From positions 636,605-700,604 of the forward strand of contig CAWCMR010000013.1 in the NCBI GenBank assembly GCA_963796685.1: a stretch of DNA of 64,000 nucleotides, read 5' to 3'. Source of the stretch: an uncultured delta proteobacterium. GTDB lineage: Bacteria; Myxococcota_A; Polyangia; Fen-1088. This document shows positions 12,049 through 23,078 of the stretch, in pieces (position 1 is the first letter of the stretch; each line of letters opens with the position of its first letter). The notes below the pieces were generated by a model. That model had not been told where the DNA came from. It made no database searches and saw only the letters and a list, made by a program, of their open reading frames with translations. Position numbers and translations under genes: made by a program.

Positions 12049-12999
12049 CTATTCGCTCGCGTCTTCCGGCGTAGCAGCCGCCTCGGGCGCCGGCATTTCG
12101 CCGCGCCGACGAGAAACCACTTCGACCTTGGGGCCTTCGCCACCGGAAGAAACCCGAATGGTCTGCACGGCGCCCTCGCCCTCGGCGTCGGCCGAGGCAC
12201 GCGCCGTGGCCGCGCGCTCGCGCGAGACCTTCTGCCCGATGACACAGGCATCGGCGACCTTGTTGGCGAACAGACGAATGGCGCGAATGGCGTCGTCGTT
12301 GCCCGGTACGGCGTAGTTGATCAGATCGGGATCGCAGTTGGTGTCCACGATGGCGACGATGGGGATCTCCAGCTTGCGTGCCTCGCTGACCGCGATGTGC
12401 TCTTTGACGACGTCGACGATGAAGACCGCGCCAGGCAGCTCGCCCATGGCCTTGATGCCGCCGAGGGCCTTCTCGAGCTTCTCCTGCTCGCGCGTGATGC
12501 GGATGACCTCCTTCTTGGTCAGGCGCTCGAAGGTGCCGTCGCTGGACATCTTCTCGATGGATTGCAAGCGCTCGATAGAGAGCTTGACGGTGTGAAAATT
12601 GGTGAGCGTGCCGCCGAGCCAACGGTTGGTGACGTAGAACTGTCCGCAGCGTGTCGACTCCTCGCGAACCACGTCCTGGGCCTGCTTCTTCGTGCCCACG
12701 AAGAGCACCGGTTTGCCCTCGGCCACGGTGCGCACCAGGAAGTCGAAGGCGCGCTTGAACGCCTTGACCGAGTGCTGAAGGTCGATGATGTGAATGCCGT
12801 TGCGGGCGCCGAAGATGAAGGGTTTCATCTTCGGGTTCCAGCGTGTCGTCTGGTGGCCGAAGTGAACGCCTGCCTCCATCATGTCGCGCATGGTGAGGGG
12901 CGTGTCGATTGCCGCCATCGGGTTTGCCGCCACAGGATTCTCGGTCGGGGTTGCGGCAGGGGCTGGGGTGGCCGGGAGGCCGGTCTCGTTCGTTTCCAT
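12049..12999 (-). CDS. rpsB: 30S ribosomal protein S2
   Basis: [17 protein letters not shown] and [10 protein letters not shown] motifs. Confidence 0.96.
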   Translation of the reverse strand: METNETGLPATPAPAATPTENPVAANPMAAIDTPLTMRDMMEAGVHFGHQTTRWNPKMKPFIFGARNGIHIIDLQHSVKAFKRAFDFLVRTVAEGKPVLFVGTKKQAQDVVREESTRCGQFYVTNRWLGGTLTNFHTVKLSIERLQSIEKMSSDGTFERLTKKEVIRITREQEKLEKALGGIKAMGELPGAVFIVDVVKEHIAVSEARKLEIPIVAIVDTNCDPDLINYAVPGNDDAIRAIRLFANKVADACVIGQKVSRERAATARASADAEGEGAVQTIRVSSGGEGPKVEVVSRRRGEMPAPEAAATPEDASE

Positions 13000-13125
13000 G
13001 TTTTCCTTTCGCGTTTTGTTCCTCCGCTGCCGTCTGCAAGAGCCGAAACCGGTCGATGATTCGCCCGGCACGCGCGGCCCTCTCGGTCAGCGTGTGGTGT
13101 TGAAGAGAGTTAGGTTCTTACCACA
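13000..13125 (-). promoter_or_regulatory. rpsB (S2) leader RNA with extended -10 promoter
   Basis: Minus strand TGTGGTAAGAA (13125-13115), then CACACGC...GTGCC...GCGGAGG..AAAC, the pattern of S2 autoregulatory leaders. Confidence 0.55.
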
Positions 13126-13225
13126 TTTCACCAACTGCGACAGCACAATCGGGCGACTTCATTAGGCATGGACCCGCGGCCCGCGACTTGCTATTCGATG
13201 GCTCCGAAAAGGAAGGAGCCGAACG

Positions 13226-14545
13226 ATGCCACTTACGAAGCCCGTCGAAATCAAGCCCGCCACTGGTAGACTTGGAATCCTTACGCCAGGAATGGGGGCG
13301 GTCGCCACCACCTTCATGGCCGGCGTTGACGCCATCAGGAGAGGACTTGCCAAGCCTATCGGCTCGCTGACCCAGATGGGCACCATCCGGCTCGGTAAGC
13401 GCACCGAAAACCGGTCGCCGCTCATCAAGGATTTCATTCCCCTGGCCAAGCTCGACGACATCGTCTTCGGCGGCTGGGACCTGTTCCCCGACGACGCCTA
13501 TCAGGCTGCCAGCAAGGCCGGCGTGCTCAACAAAGAGCACTTGGCGCAAAGCAAGGAATTCCTGTCCGGCATCAAGCCCATGACCTCGGTGTTCGAGCAG
13601 TCCTACGTCAAGCGGCTGACCGCCACCCACGCCAAGAAGGGCAAGTCGAAGATGGATCTGGCCGAGCAGGTCATCGCCGACATCGAGAGCTTCCGCACCA
13701 CCCAGAAAGTGGACCGCTTGGTCATGGTGTGGTGTGGCTCGACCGAGGCCTACCGCGAGGTCGCCCCCGTGCACGCCACCCTGGAGAGCTTCGAGAAGGG
13801 CTTGCGCGAAAGCGACCCGGAAATCGCGCCGTCGCAGGTCTACGCCTACGCCGCGCTCAAATGCCGCGTGCCTTACGCCAACGGCGCCCCCAATCTGACC
13901 GTGGACACGCCGGCCCTGCTGGAGCTCGCGAAGAAGAACGAGGTCCCCGTCGCCGGCAAGGACTTCAAGACCGGCCAGACCTTCATGAAGACCATCATCT
14001 CGCCAGGCCTCAAGGCGCGTCTGCTCGGCATCGATGGCTGGTACTCGACCAACATCCTGGGCAACCGCGACGGTGAGGTCCTCGACGATCCCGAGTCGCA
14101 CAAGACCAAGGAGATGTCCAAGCTCGGCGCCCTCGAGCACATCATGCAGCCATCGCTCTACCCCGACCTGTACGGCAAGATGTGCCACGTGGTGCGCATC
14201 AACTACTACCCTCCCCGAGGCGACAACAAGGAAGGCTGGGACAACATCGACATCTTCGGGTGGATGGGCTACCCGATGCAGATCAAGATCAATTTCCTGT
14301 GCCGCGATTCCATTCTGGCCGCGCCCGTGGTGCTCGATCTGGCCATCTTCATGGATCTCGCACAACGCTCGGGCCTCTCGGGGGTGCAGGAATGGCTCTC
14401 CTTCTACTGGAAGAGCCCCATGACCCCGCCCAGCGTGTACCCGGAGCACGACACCTTCATCCAGCTCATGAAGCTCAAGAACACCCTGCGCTACCTGCAC
14501 GGCGAGGAGCTCATCACCCACCTCGGCGCCGAGTACTACGATTGA
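13226..14545 (+). CDS. ino1: myo-inositol-1-phosphate synthase
   Basis: VWCGSTE, GKDFKTGQT, STNILGNRDG, GDNKEGWD and CRDSILAAP motifs. Confidence 0.92.
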   Translation: MPLTKPVEIKPATGRLGILTPGMGAVATTFMAGVDAIRRGLAKPIGSLTQMGTIRLGKRTENRSPLIKDFIPLAKLDDIVFGGWDLFPDDAYQAASKAGVLNKEHLAQSKEFLSGIKPMTSVFEQSYVKRLTATHAKKGKSKMDLAEQVIADIESFRTTQKVDRLVMVWCGSTEAYREVAPVHATLESFEKGLRESDPEIAPSQVYAYAALKCRVPYANGAPNLTVDTPALLELAKKNEVPVAGKDFKTGQTFMKTIISPGLKARLLGIDGWYSTNILGNRDGEVLDDPESHKTKEMSKLGALEHIMQPSLYPDLYGKMCHVVRINYYPPRGDNKEGWDNIDIFGWMGYPMQIKINFLCRDSILAAPVVLDLAIFMDLAQRSGLSGVQEWLSFYWKSPMTPPSVYPEHDTFIQLMKLKNTLRYLHGEELITHLGAEYYD

Positions 14546-14605
14546 GGAGAGGGCGCAGAGAATGCAGCGCTGAAACGCGCTGATCGCAACGAATAGGGGG
14601 CGGAT

Positions 14606-15988
14606 TTAGCGATCCGCCCCCTCCTTCTTTCCGGCCTCTGTGCCCTCGTCTTCCTCTGTGCTCCCCACGGCCCTGCGTCCACGCAGGGCCGCCAGGTATT
14701 CGCCGATGTCGCGCTCGCGGCCCGACCTCGACGGTTCGTAGTAGCGCCGACCGCGCAGCGCTTCGGGCAGGTAGTCCTCGACCACGTAGTGCCCCTCGAC
14801 GTTGTGCGGGTACTGATACCCCTGGCCGAACCCGAGCGACTTGCCCAGCGCCGAGCTGGCGTTGCGCAGGTGCATCGGCACCGGCAAGGCGCCGTGCTGT
14901 TCCACGTCGCGCTTGGCTGCAGCGTAGGTCGTGAGCGCGCTGTTGCTCTTGGGCGCCACCGCGAGATAGATGGCCGCCTGGCTCATGGGTAGGTACCCTT
15001 CCGGCAAGCCGACGAAGCGGACGGCGTCCGTCGCTGCCATGGCCACGCGCAAGGCATTGGGATCGGCGTTGCCGATGTCCTCCGCGGCAAAGATGACCAT
15101 CCGGCGCAAGATGAACAGCGGCTCTTCGCCCGCCTCGAGCATGCGCGCCATCCAGTACACCGCGGCGTCCGGGTCGCTGCCCCGCATGCTCTTGATGAAG
15201 GCGCTGACCACCATGAAGTGCTCGTCGCCGGCCTTGTCGTACATCAAGGTCTTGCGTTGCAGGGCCTCCTCCAGGGTCTTGTCGTCGATGAGCCGCCGGC
15301 CGTCCTCGCCCGGCAGCGCGATGTCGGCTGCCGATTCCAGGGCGGACAGGGCGCGCCGGGCGTCCCCCCTCGCCTCGCGGGCCAGCTGGTCGCGGATGCG
15401 GTCCGGGCAATCGATGGGCAGAAGGCCGAGCCCGCGCTGCGGATTGGCGAGCGCACGGTCGATGATGGCGCGCAAGCTGTCTTCGTCGAGCGGCTTGAGC
15501 ACCAGGACCTTGGCGCGCGAGAGCAGCGGCGCATTCACCTCGAAAGATGGGTTCTCGGTGGTCGCCCCGACGAGGATGACCGTACCCGCCTCGACGTGGG
15601 GCAGAAGCGCATCCTGCTGGGCCTTGTTGAAACGGTGAATCTCGTCGATGAAGAGCAGGGTCCGCTCGCCGCGCAGGTTGCGCCGCTGCGCCGCCTCGGC
15701 CACCGCTTCACGAACCTCCTTCACGCCCGACATCACCGCCGAGAGCGCGACGAAGCCGGCCTTGGTTTCCGCGGCCAGAAGCCGACCCAGGGTGGTCTTC
15801 CCCGTGCCCGGCGGTCCCCAGAGGATGAGCGAGGTCATGGCCTGGCCTTCGATCGCGCGTCGCAGCCAGCGCCCAGGGCCAAGCAGGTGCTCCTGTCCGA
15901 CGTACTCGGCCAGGCTGGTCGGGCGCATGCGCTCTGCCAAAGGCTGCCCTCGCCTGTCCTTGTCGGCCGCGCGCGCGAAGAGATCCAC
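14606..15988 (-). CDS. rarA: Replication-associated recombination protein A (MgsA/RarA)
   Basis: PLAERMRP, GPPGTGKTT, DEIHRFNKAQQD and SAFIKSMRGSD motifs. Confidence 0.93.
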   Translation of the reverse strand: MDLFARAADKDRRGQPLAERMRPTSLAEYVGQEHLLGPGRWLRRAIEGQAMTSLILWGPPGTGKTTLGRLLAAETKAGFVALSAVMSGVKEVREAVAEAAQRRNLRGERTLLFIDEIHRFNKAQQDALLPHVEAGTVILVGATTENPSFEVNAPLLSRAKVLVLKPLDEDSLRAIIDRALANPQRGLGLLPIDCPDRIRDQLAREARGDARRALSALESAADIALPGEDGRRLIDDKTLEEALQRKTLMYDKAGDEHFMVVSAFIKSMRGSDPDAAVYWMARMLEAGEEPLFILRRMVIFAAEDIGNADPNALRVAMAATDAVRFVGLPEGYLPMSQAAIYLAVAPKSNSALTTYAAAKRDVEQHGALPVPMHLRNASSALGKSLGFGQGYQYPHNVEGHYVVEDYLPEALRGRRYYEPSRSGRERDIGEYLAALRGRRAVGSTEEDEGTEAGKKEGADR

Positions 15989-16091
15989 GGCGCCATTATG
16001 GACTAGAGAGGGCGCAGAGGAGGGGAGAGTTCACAGAGGATATGTTTTACGTATTTGACGTCCGGCCCTGTCCGATGGACGCTTCCTCGAC

Positions 16092-17624
16092 ATGCGTTTT
16101 CGCCATCTTCCCTGGGCCATGCTGTGGCTCTTTCTCACCCCGCAATCGGGGAGTACCCAATCGATCGACGGCGGAGCGACGATCGCCACGCCAGTCCCCG
16201 CACCGCCGAAAGACCTCGATGCTCGGCGCGCGTGGCTCAAGGCTCGCATCGACGAGATCCTAAGTGCCCCGACCCTGGCGCACGCCAAGGTGTCCATCGC
16301 GGTGATGGATCCCGAAAGTGGCAAGCTCCTCTACGCCAAGAACGAAAAGACCGGGCTGAACGCCGCCTCCAACGTGAAAATCGTCACCGAGGCCGCCAGC
16401 CTGGCCCTGCTCGGACCGGAGTTCCGCTGGAAGACCACGGTGCTTGGCGCCGCTGCGACTGAGGGCGGGAAGGCGATTTCCGCTGGCGAGCTGCGCGGTG
16501 ACCTCTACGTCAAGACCTCGGGCGACCCGACGCTGTCGACCCAAGATTTGAATGAGCTGGCGGCTGGCCTCGCCGCATCCGGGTTACGTAAGGTGCGCGG
16601 CGCCCTGGTCGTCGACACCAGCGCCTTCGACGGAGCCACCGTGCCCCCTGCCTTCGAGCAGAAGAACGACTCCGCCGCCTTTCGCGCGCCCTCTTCCGCA
16701 GCCTCGTTGAATGAAAACGCGATCACCGTCATCGTCACTCCCGCGGCCGCAGCCGGCGCGCCCGCCCGAGTCGTTCTCGACCCGGCATCAGCGGCTGTGG
16801 CGCTGAGTGGAACCGTGACCACGGCGACCAAGGGACCCGCGGTGCTCAAGGTCGAAACCGCCGACGCTGGCGGCGGGCTGACCCGTGTCACCGTCGCGGG
16901 CCGCGTTCTTCTTGGTTCCGAACCGCGCGTGCTTCAACGCCGCGTGGTCTCGCCCGAGACCTATTTCGCCCAGACCTTCAAACAGGTCCTTGCCAAGCGC
17001 GGTATCGTCATCGACAAAGCGCCGCGCATGGACCACGCGCCCAAGGACGGGCTGCGCGTGTTGGCCTCGCACGAATCGCCGCCCCTGGCGGTCGTGGTGC
17101 AGGACATGGGCAAGCGCTCCATCAATTTTGCGGCCGAGCAGCTTCTGCGCACGCTCGGGGCGGAGACGCTCGGACGGCCAGGTACCTGGCAAAAGGGGTT
17201 GGAGTCCGTCGCGCACTACCTCGAAGGCATCGGCATTCCGCGGGCAACCTACGTGATGAAGAACGGGTCCGGCCTCTACGATTCCAACCGTTTCTCCTCC
17301 GACCAGATGGTTTTGGTTCTGCGCGCGGCCATGCGTGACTTCCGCATGGCCAGCGAATTTCTGGCCTCCTTGGCCGTGGGCGGCGCCGACGGCACGCTGG
17401 CCCACCGCATGACAGGCTCTGCTTCGGAACGCTACGTGCGCGCCAAGACCGGCACGCTGACCAACGTGAGCTGCCTGTCCGGCATCGCGGGTGCGCCGGG
17501 CAACAAACCGCTCATCTTCTCTATTCTGATGAACGACGTGCCATCCCCGGTCGCAGCGCGCGCGGCCCAGGATCGCATCACCTCGGTCTTGGTCGCCTTC
17601 CTCGATCCCGCGCTCGCCAAGTAG
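16092..17624 (+). CDS. dacB: D-alanyl-D-alanine carboxypeptidase/endopeptidase (PBP4, peptidase S13)
   Basis: ASNVK (SxxK), SIN (SxN) and AKTGTL motifs; signal peptide. Confidence 0.9.
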   Translation: MRFRHLPWAMLWLFLTPQSGSTQSIDGGATIATPVPAPPKDLDARRAWLKARIDEILSAPTLAHAKVSIAVMDPESGKLLYAKNEKTGLNAASNVKIVTEAASLALLGPEFRWKTTVLGAAATEGGKAISAGELRGDLYVKTSGDPTLSTQDLNELAAGLAASGLRKVRGALVVDTSAFDGATVPPAFEQKNDSAAFRAPSSAASLNENAITVIVTPAAAAGAPARVVLDPASAAVALSGTVTTATKGPAVLKVETADAGGGLTRVTVAGRVLLGSEPRVLQRRVVSPETYFAQTFKQVLAKRGIVIDKAPRMDHAPKDGLRVLASHESPPLAVVVQDMGKRSINFAAEQLLRTLGAETLGRPGTWQKGLESVAHYLEGIGIPRATYVMKNGSGLYDSNRFSSDQMVLVLRAAMRDFRMASEFLASLAVGGADGTLAHRMTGSASERYVRAKTGTLTNVSCLSGIAGAPGNKPLIFSILMNDVPSPVAARAAQDRITSVLVAFLDPALAK

Positions 17625-17662
17625 CGAGCGAACCGCTGCTCGGGCCGTGGCATAGTGAGGCC

Positions 17663-19372
17663 GTGACCGAGCCCAGCAAGAACGAATCCAAGGAGAATCT
17701 CGTCGCCCTCTCGCAGTACCGCGCTCGTCTGGCGCGGGGACAGCGCGCGCGCCGGGCCGACGAGCTCTGGGACGCACCGGATCCGCAAGCCGCCATCCGG
17801 GCCTTACCGCCGGACGAGTTCTACTACGTCATCCACGAGATGGGCTTTCCGGACGCGCTGGAGGTGCTGGTCCATGGGACGGCCGAGCAGATCCAGACCG
17901 TCCTCGACTTTTCGGTCTGGGATCGCGATCGCCTGGCACTGGAGAAGTCCGACGAGTGGCTGGCTGCCTTGGTCGAGGCCCCGCCCGAGACCCTGGGCAA
18001 GTGGGCCCAGGGTATCGATGTCGAGCTTCTCGCCCTGCTCCTGCGCAAGCGTGCGCGCATCTACGACCTGTCGCTGGAAGAGGCGCCGGACAACCCCGAG
18101 GGCGTGCTGTGGGACTCGCCCGACCGCCTGTTCACCCTAGAATTCGTCGGGGAGCCCGATCATGTCCGGGTTACGCAGCGCCTGGTCGACAGCCTGTATC
18201 GCTATTCGCCGGTCATGATGCGGCGGCTGCTGGTGGGCATGCGTGCCGAGGACGACGCCGAGATGGAGGAAACGGCCTACCGCTGGCGCTCGGGCCGCAT
18301 GGCAGACCTGGGCTTCGTCGACTTCTACGAGGCCCTGGTCGCATACCAGGAGCTGGATCCCGCCACCGTGCGCATCGAGGCAAGCCCGGCCCCCAGCCTG
18401 CGACCACGCGGCGAGCCCATCGACGACGTCCATCTGCGCCTGCCGGTGGTCGTGACGGAGCGACTGTCGGGCAAGACGCCCTTCGCGCGAGCCGTGGGCG
18501 GCCTGCAGAGCCGCGAAGAGACAGCCGACCTGCACTTCGCCCTGGTCGCCTTGTGCAACCGCGTCCTGGCCGCCGATCGCGTCGAGCCCAGCGATGAAGA
18601 GGGAATTCGAACCGCGCTGGAACGGTTGTCCGCCACCCTGGACCTCGCGGTCGAATTCCTGGCCCACGGTGCCGGAGATCGCGAAACCGCCGCCGTACGC
18701 ACGGTGCCGTTGCTCAAGCTGCACCGGCTGGGGGTGAGCCTCATCGGAAAGCTGCGCCGATTGGCGACCTCGCTCGTAGGCAAGAACCCCTTCGCCGTGC
18801 TCCGGCCGGCCATCGACATCTTCGAGCCCGAGGATGGCGACGTTCTGGCTTGCCTGTCGCGCACGCGGCCCGTGTATCCGAGAGCCTTGGACACGCCGCC
18901 TGCCCCAGGCGAGCGGCCCTTCGGCGGCCTGGCGGATCTCGCCACCGCCGCCCAGGCCGTCTCGCGGGCTGCGGCCACAGTGGAGCTGCTCACCAGGCTC
19001 GGCGTTCGGCCGGAGCAGCTCGTGCCGGAGGCGCTCGATGCTCTGGCCAAGGCCAGCCTCGGAGATGCCGAATTCAGCATCGACCCGGCCGGTATCGACG
19101 CGGGTGTATTGGCGCGCACCGTGCTGGTGGCGAGGCTCCTCGGAGACAAAAGCGCGCCCCTGGCCGTGCTTCCGGCAGCCTCCATTCGAAAGTTCAAGAA
19201 AGACTTTAACTCAGGGAACCAACTGCCCGAAAGCGTGACATTCCAAGTATCCGCAATGCTTCGACCATCGGGCGCCTCCTCGCCCCTGGACGAGCCCGCC
19301 CACGCGATCGCGGCCCGCTGGCTCGGCAGCCTCTGTCCGCTTGGCCCGCTTCTCGGGCACCCCAGGCCGTAG
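17663..19372 (+). CDS. DUF6178-like protein
   Basis: EQIQTVLDFSVWDRD and EETAYRWRSGRMADLGF motifs of this deltaproteobacterial/myxobacterial family. Confidence 0.7.
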   Translation: MTEPSKNESKENLVALSQYRARLARGQRARRADELWDAPDPQAAIRALPPDEFYYVIHEMGFPDALEVLVHGTAEQIQTVLDFSVWDRDRLALEKSDEWLAALVEAPPETLGKWAQGIDVELLALLLRKRARIYDLSLEEAPDNPEGVLWDSPDRLFTLEFVGEPDHVRVTQRLVDSLYRYSPVMMRRLLVGMRAEDDAEMEETAYRWRSGRMADLGFVDFYEALVAYQELDPATVRIEASPAPSLRPRGEPIDDVHLRLPVVVTERLSGKTPFARAVGGLQSREETADLHFALVALCNRVLAADRVEPSDEEGIRTALERLSATLDLAVEFLAHGAGDRETAAVRTVPLLKLHRLGVSLIGKLRRLATSLVGKNPFAVLRPAIDIFEPEDGDVLACLSRTRPVYPRALDTPPAPGERPFGGLADLATAAQAVSRAAATVELLTRLGVRPEQLVPEALDALAKASLGDAEFSIDPAGIDAGVLARTVLVARLLGDKSAPLAVLPAASIRKFKKDFNSGNQLPESVTFQVSAMLRPSGASSPLDEPAHAIAARWLGSLCPLGPLLGHPRP

Positions 19373-19403
19373 TCCTCTAACAGAAGAGGAGGCCTCTATG
19401 GCC

Positions 19404-19554
19404 TCTAAGGAAGCCAGGAAGCCAGGAATTGGTGGTGGGTCCCGGCCGATGAAGCCCAACCTCACTGCCGCGATACAGGATCGGCACGGCTAGACTAGCT
19501 GTCGCTCAGAGCACTGAGTGTTCTCTTTCTTCCTGCTTTCCTGGCTTCCTTAGA
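19404..19554. repeat. Inverted-repeat element with 9-nt periodic AGGAAGCC units
   Basis: tctaaggaagccaggaa is a perfect 17-bp IR at 19404-19420 and 19538-19554. Confidence 0.7.
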
Positions 19555-19746
19555 CACTATCGGCCCCGTGCCTTGGGCGTTGCGTGGGCTGACCCCCCCA
19601 AATCAGTTTGGCACCCACGCCACTTCGATGCCTTGACATTTCCTGGCATATCGCTGTACGTGAGAACCTCTCAACAAACCGCAACCCTTCGGGAATAAGC
19701 CGGCGAGCCCAGATGTTAATGCGCCGGCTAATCGAGCGAGGTAGCA

Positions 19747-20709
19747 ATGGCAGACGTGATGATCAAGGTCGAGAATTTGACCAAGGAATACGGCGAGAAC
19801 CGCGCCGTGGACCAAGTGTCCTTCAACGTGCACAAGGGCGAGGTGCTCGGATTTCTTGGCCCGAACGGTGCCGGCAAGTCCACCACCATGAAGATCCTGA
19901 CCTGCTTTCTGGCCCCCACTTCGGGCAGCGCACAGGTTGCGGGCTTCGACGTCTTCGACCAGTCGCTGGAGGTCCGGCAGCACGTCGGATACCTTCCGGA
20001 GGACACACCCCTTTACCGGGACATGACCGTGCTCGAGCATCTCGAGTTCGCCGCCAACATGCACGGCATGGGCGGCGACCGGGTGCACGCGCGTATCAAG
20101 GAGATCGGCGGCCGCTGCGGCCTTGCCGAGGTGGCTGGCAAGCTGGTGGGCGAGCTGTCCAAGGGCTACCGGCAACGCGTCGGCCTGGCCCAGGCCATGT
20201 TGCACGATCCCGACATCCTCATCCTCGACGAGCCTACGAGCGGCCTCGATCCCAACCAGATCGCCGAGATCCGTGCCCTCATCAAGGAGGTCGGCAAGGA
20301 GAAGACGGTCATCCTGTCGACCCACATCCTGCCCGAGGTACAGGCCACCTGCAGCCGCATGCTCATCATCAGCGGCGGCAAGCTGGTCGCCGATGGCACG
20401 CCGGACGAGTTGCGCGCCCGCGAGAAAGCGACGCGCTACCGGCTGGTCGTCGAGGCCAACGGCGCCACCCCGGAAGCGATCAAGAACAAGGTCACCGGGA
20501 TCTCCGGCGTGGTCCATTGCCTGGGCGTCCCGGGCGAGGCCGGCACGCATACCTTCGATATCGATGGCGAGGCGAAGAACGACCTGCGCAAGCAGCTCTT
20601 CCGCGCCGCCGTGGAACAGAAATGGACATTGCTCGAGCTGACACGTCAGGCGGCCAGCCTGGAAGATGTATTCCGCAACCTCACCACCGGCGAGGAGCAC
20701 CGATCATGA
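19747..20709 (+). CDS. ABC transporter ATP-binding protein (GldA-like)
   Basis: GPNGAGKST, LSKGYRQRVG and ILDEPTSGLDP motifs. Confidence 0.9.
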   Translation: MADVMIKVENLTKEYGENRAVDQVSFNVHKGEVLGFLGPNGAGKSTTMKILTCFLAPTSGSAQVAGFDVFDQSLEVRQHVGYLPEDTPLYRDMTVLEHLEFAANMHGMGGDRVHARIKEIGGRCGLAEVAGKLVGELSKGYRQRVGLAQAMLHDPDILILDEPTSGLDPNQIAEIRALIKEVGKEKTVILSTHILPEVQATCSRMLIISGGKLVADGTPDELRAREKATRYRLVVEANGATPEAIKNKVTGISGVVHCLGVPGEAGTHTFDIDGEAKNDLRKQLFRAAVEQKWTLLELTRQAASLEDVFRNLTTGEEHRS

Positions 20710-21416
20710 GTACCGCCGTTACCGTCGCCAAGCGCGAGATCAAGACCTACTTCAATTCGCCCGTGGCCTACATCGTGGTCACGGTGTTCATGCTCATCGC
20801 GGGCTACCTGTACTGGAGCCAGCTCTTCCTCGAGAAGCAGGCTGAGCTACGCTACTACTTCACCCTGACCCCGCTTATCTTCACCTTCATCATCCCGGCC
20901 ATCACCATGCGCCTGCTCGCCGAAGAGAAAGGCAGCGGCACGCTGGAGATGCTCATCACCATGCCGGTGCGGGACTGGGAGGTGGTGCTGGGCAAGTTCC
21001 TGGCCGGCATGGCCATGCTGGCGGCCATCGTGGGCATGACCTGCTTCTATGCCGTCAGCCTGCTTATGCTCGGTCCGGTGGACAGGGGTCCCCTCATCAC
21101 CGGGTACGTGGGGCTCTTGCTCATGGGCGGCTCCTACGTCGCCATCGGAGTCATGGCCTCGGCGCTCACGCGCAACCAGATCGTGGCCTTCATCCTGGCC
21201 TTCGCCATCTCGTTTGCGCTCTTCATCTTCGGTCAGGTCACGCAATACGCGCCGGACTGGATCGCACCGGTGCTGGCCTTCCTCAGCATGGGTAACCATT
21301 TCGAGTCGCTCTCCCGCGGGGTCATCGACTCCCGCGACGTCGTCTATTATGTGTCCGTGATGGTGGTCGCCCTGGTCATCGCCACGGCTTCGCTGCAATC
21401 CCGCAAGTGGAAGTAA
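20706..21416 (+). CDS. ABC-2 permease (GldF-like)
   Basis: KREIKTYFNSPVAY and TMRLLAEEKGSGTLEML; multiple TM segments; ATGA overlap with the upstream gene. Confidence 0.88.
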   Translation: MSTAVTVAKREIKTYFNSPVAYIVVTVFMLIAGYLYWSQLFLEKQAELRYYFTLTPLIFTFIIPAITMRLLAEEKGSGTLEMLITMPVRDWEVVLGKFLAGMAMLAAIVGMTCFYAVSLLMLGPVDRGPLITGYVGLLLMGGSYVAIGVMASALTRNQIVAFILAFAISFALFIFGQVTQYAPDWIAPVLAFLSMGNHFESLSRGVIDSRDVVYYVSVMVVALVIATASLQSRKWK

Positions 21417-21431
21417 GGGAGAGGCAACGTC

Positions 21432-23064
21432 ATGTCGATATCCAGCAAGAAAAAGAGTTTCGCCTCCAACGTCATTCTCTATGCGACCTTCGTCGCGGGC
21501 ACGGTGGTCCTCGTCAACCTCATCGGCACACGCGTCTTCGGCAGGCTCGACCTGACCGAGAAGCACATCTACACGCTGTCGCAGGCCTCGAAAGACCTGG
21601 TCAAGAACCTGCCCGACTATCTTTCGGTCAAGGCCTACATCTCGAAGGATCTGCCACCCGAGATCAAGCGCCTGTCGCGCGACGTGCGCGACAAGCTCGA
21701 CGACTACCGATCGAGCTCGAATGGCAAGTTCCGCTGGGAGGCCGTCGACCCGACCTCGGACAAGAAGCTCGAGGAAGAGGCCTCTCGCTGCAAGGTCCAG
21801 AAGGTCGAGATCCAGAAGGTCAGCAACTCGAAGTTCGAGCTCGGCGCCTATTACCTCGGGCTGTGCCTGCAGTACGGCGACAAGACCGAAGCCATCCCGC
21901 AGATCGTGAACGATGCCGGGCTCGAATACCAGCTCTCGTCGCTCATCAAGAAGATGACGGTGAAGAAGAAGAAGATTGCCTTCACCACCGGGCACGGCGA
22001 GAGCGATCTCAACCAGGGCTTGCAGGCGCTCAAGCAAGACATCGAGCAGGAATACGATGTCACTACGGTCAACCCATCGACGACCGAGATCGGCGCCGAT
22101 GTCGACGCCTTGGTGGTGGCTGGTCCGCACCAAGCCATCGACGACAAGGGCCTACGCGAGATCGACCGCTTCCTCATGACCGGCCGAGGCGCCGTCCTTC
22201 TTGCGCCCGGCATGGCAGCAGGATCGGCCGGCGCGCGCGGCATGGAGAGCATGAAGATGTTGCAGGGCAACGACGACGGCCTGGGCAAGATTCTTGGGGA
22301 CCTACGGCTTCAAGGTGGGTCAGGATATCGTCATCGACCCGCAGGGCGCGGCGCCCGGGGTGATGGACGTGGGCGGCGGGCGGCGAGCCCTGGTGACCAT
22401 GCCGGCTTTCGTGGCCGCCGCGGCGGACAAGGCGCCGGGACTCTCGGTGCTCGAAGGCATACGCGGCGTGATCTTCCCCTACGCCAGCCCCGTCGAGCTG
22501 ACCGGCCCCCTGGCGGGCGGGAACGTGCCGGCGGGCGGAAAGCTTTGGCGCCTGGCCGCCTCGTCGCCTTCCAGCTACACCCACTCCGGTTTCGCCCTCA
22601 TCGGCCCCGACATGAAGTTCGAGCCCGGCAAGGAGTTCGGCTCCTACGCCTTCGGCTATGCTTACCAGGGTCCGCTCAAGAGTGCCTTCGTGACCGCTCC
22701 ACCAGAGTCGGTCTCCGCGACCAGCAAGCAACCCCTTGCCGAATCCCAGAAGCCGGTACGGCTGGTGGTCATCGGCAACGCTGCCTTCGCCAACGACGAA
22801 TGGACGCAACTCGCGCGCTTCCTGCCGGTGTACGGGGCGGGCGCCCAGCTGCTGTACAACGCCATCGGCTGGACCGTGGAGGACGAGGCTCTCATCCCCT
22901 TGCGCTCCAAGACCATGGACAGCCGGCAACTCCCGGCCATCTCCGAGGCCAAGGCCAGCGCCGTGGAGTGGGTGAACATCCTCGGCCTGCCCATGGTGTT
23001 CTGTCTCTACGGTGTCGGCCGCTGGCGGCTACGCAAGTCCAACCGCATGAACCAACGACTCTAA
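21432..23064 (+). CDS. GldG-family ABC auxiliary protein (frameshift in the G-run near 22300)
   Basis: RLDLTEKHIYTLS and FTTGHGE motifs. The C-terminal half with a TM helix lies in ORF 22294-23064. Confidence 0.82.
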
Positions 23065-23078
23065 CTTCGAGGTAGACG

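Noticed and set aside
19633-19662. TTGACA promoter for the ABC operon
   Set aside because: No convincing -10 element at the correct spacing.
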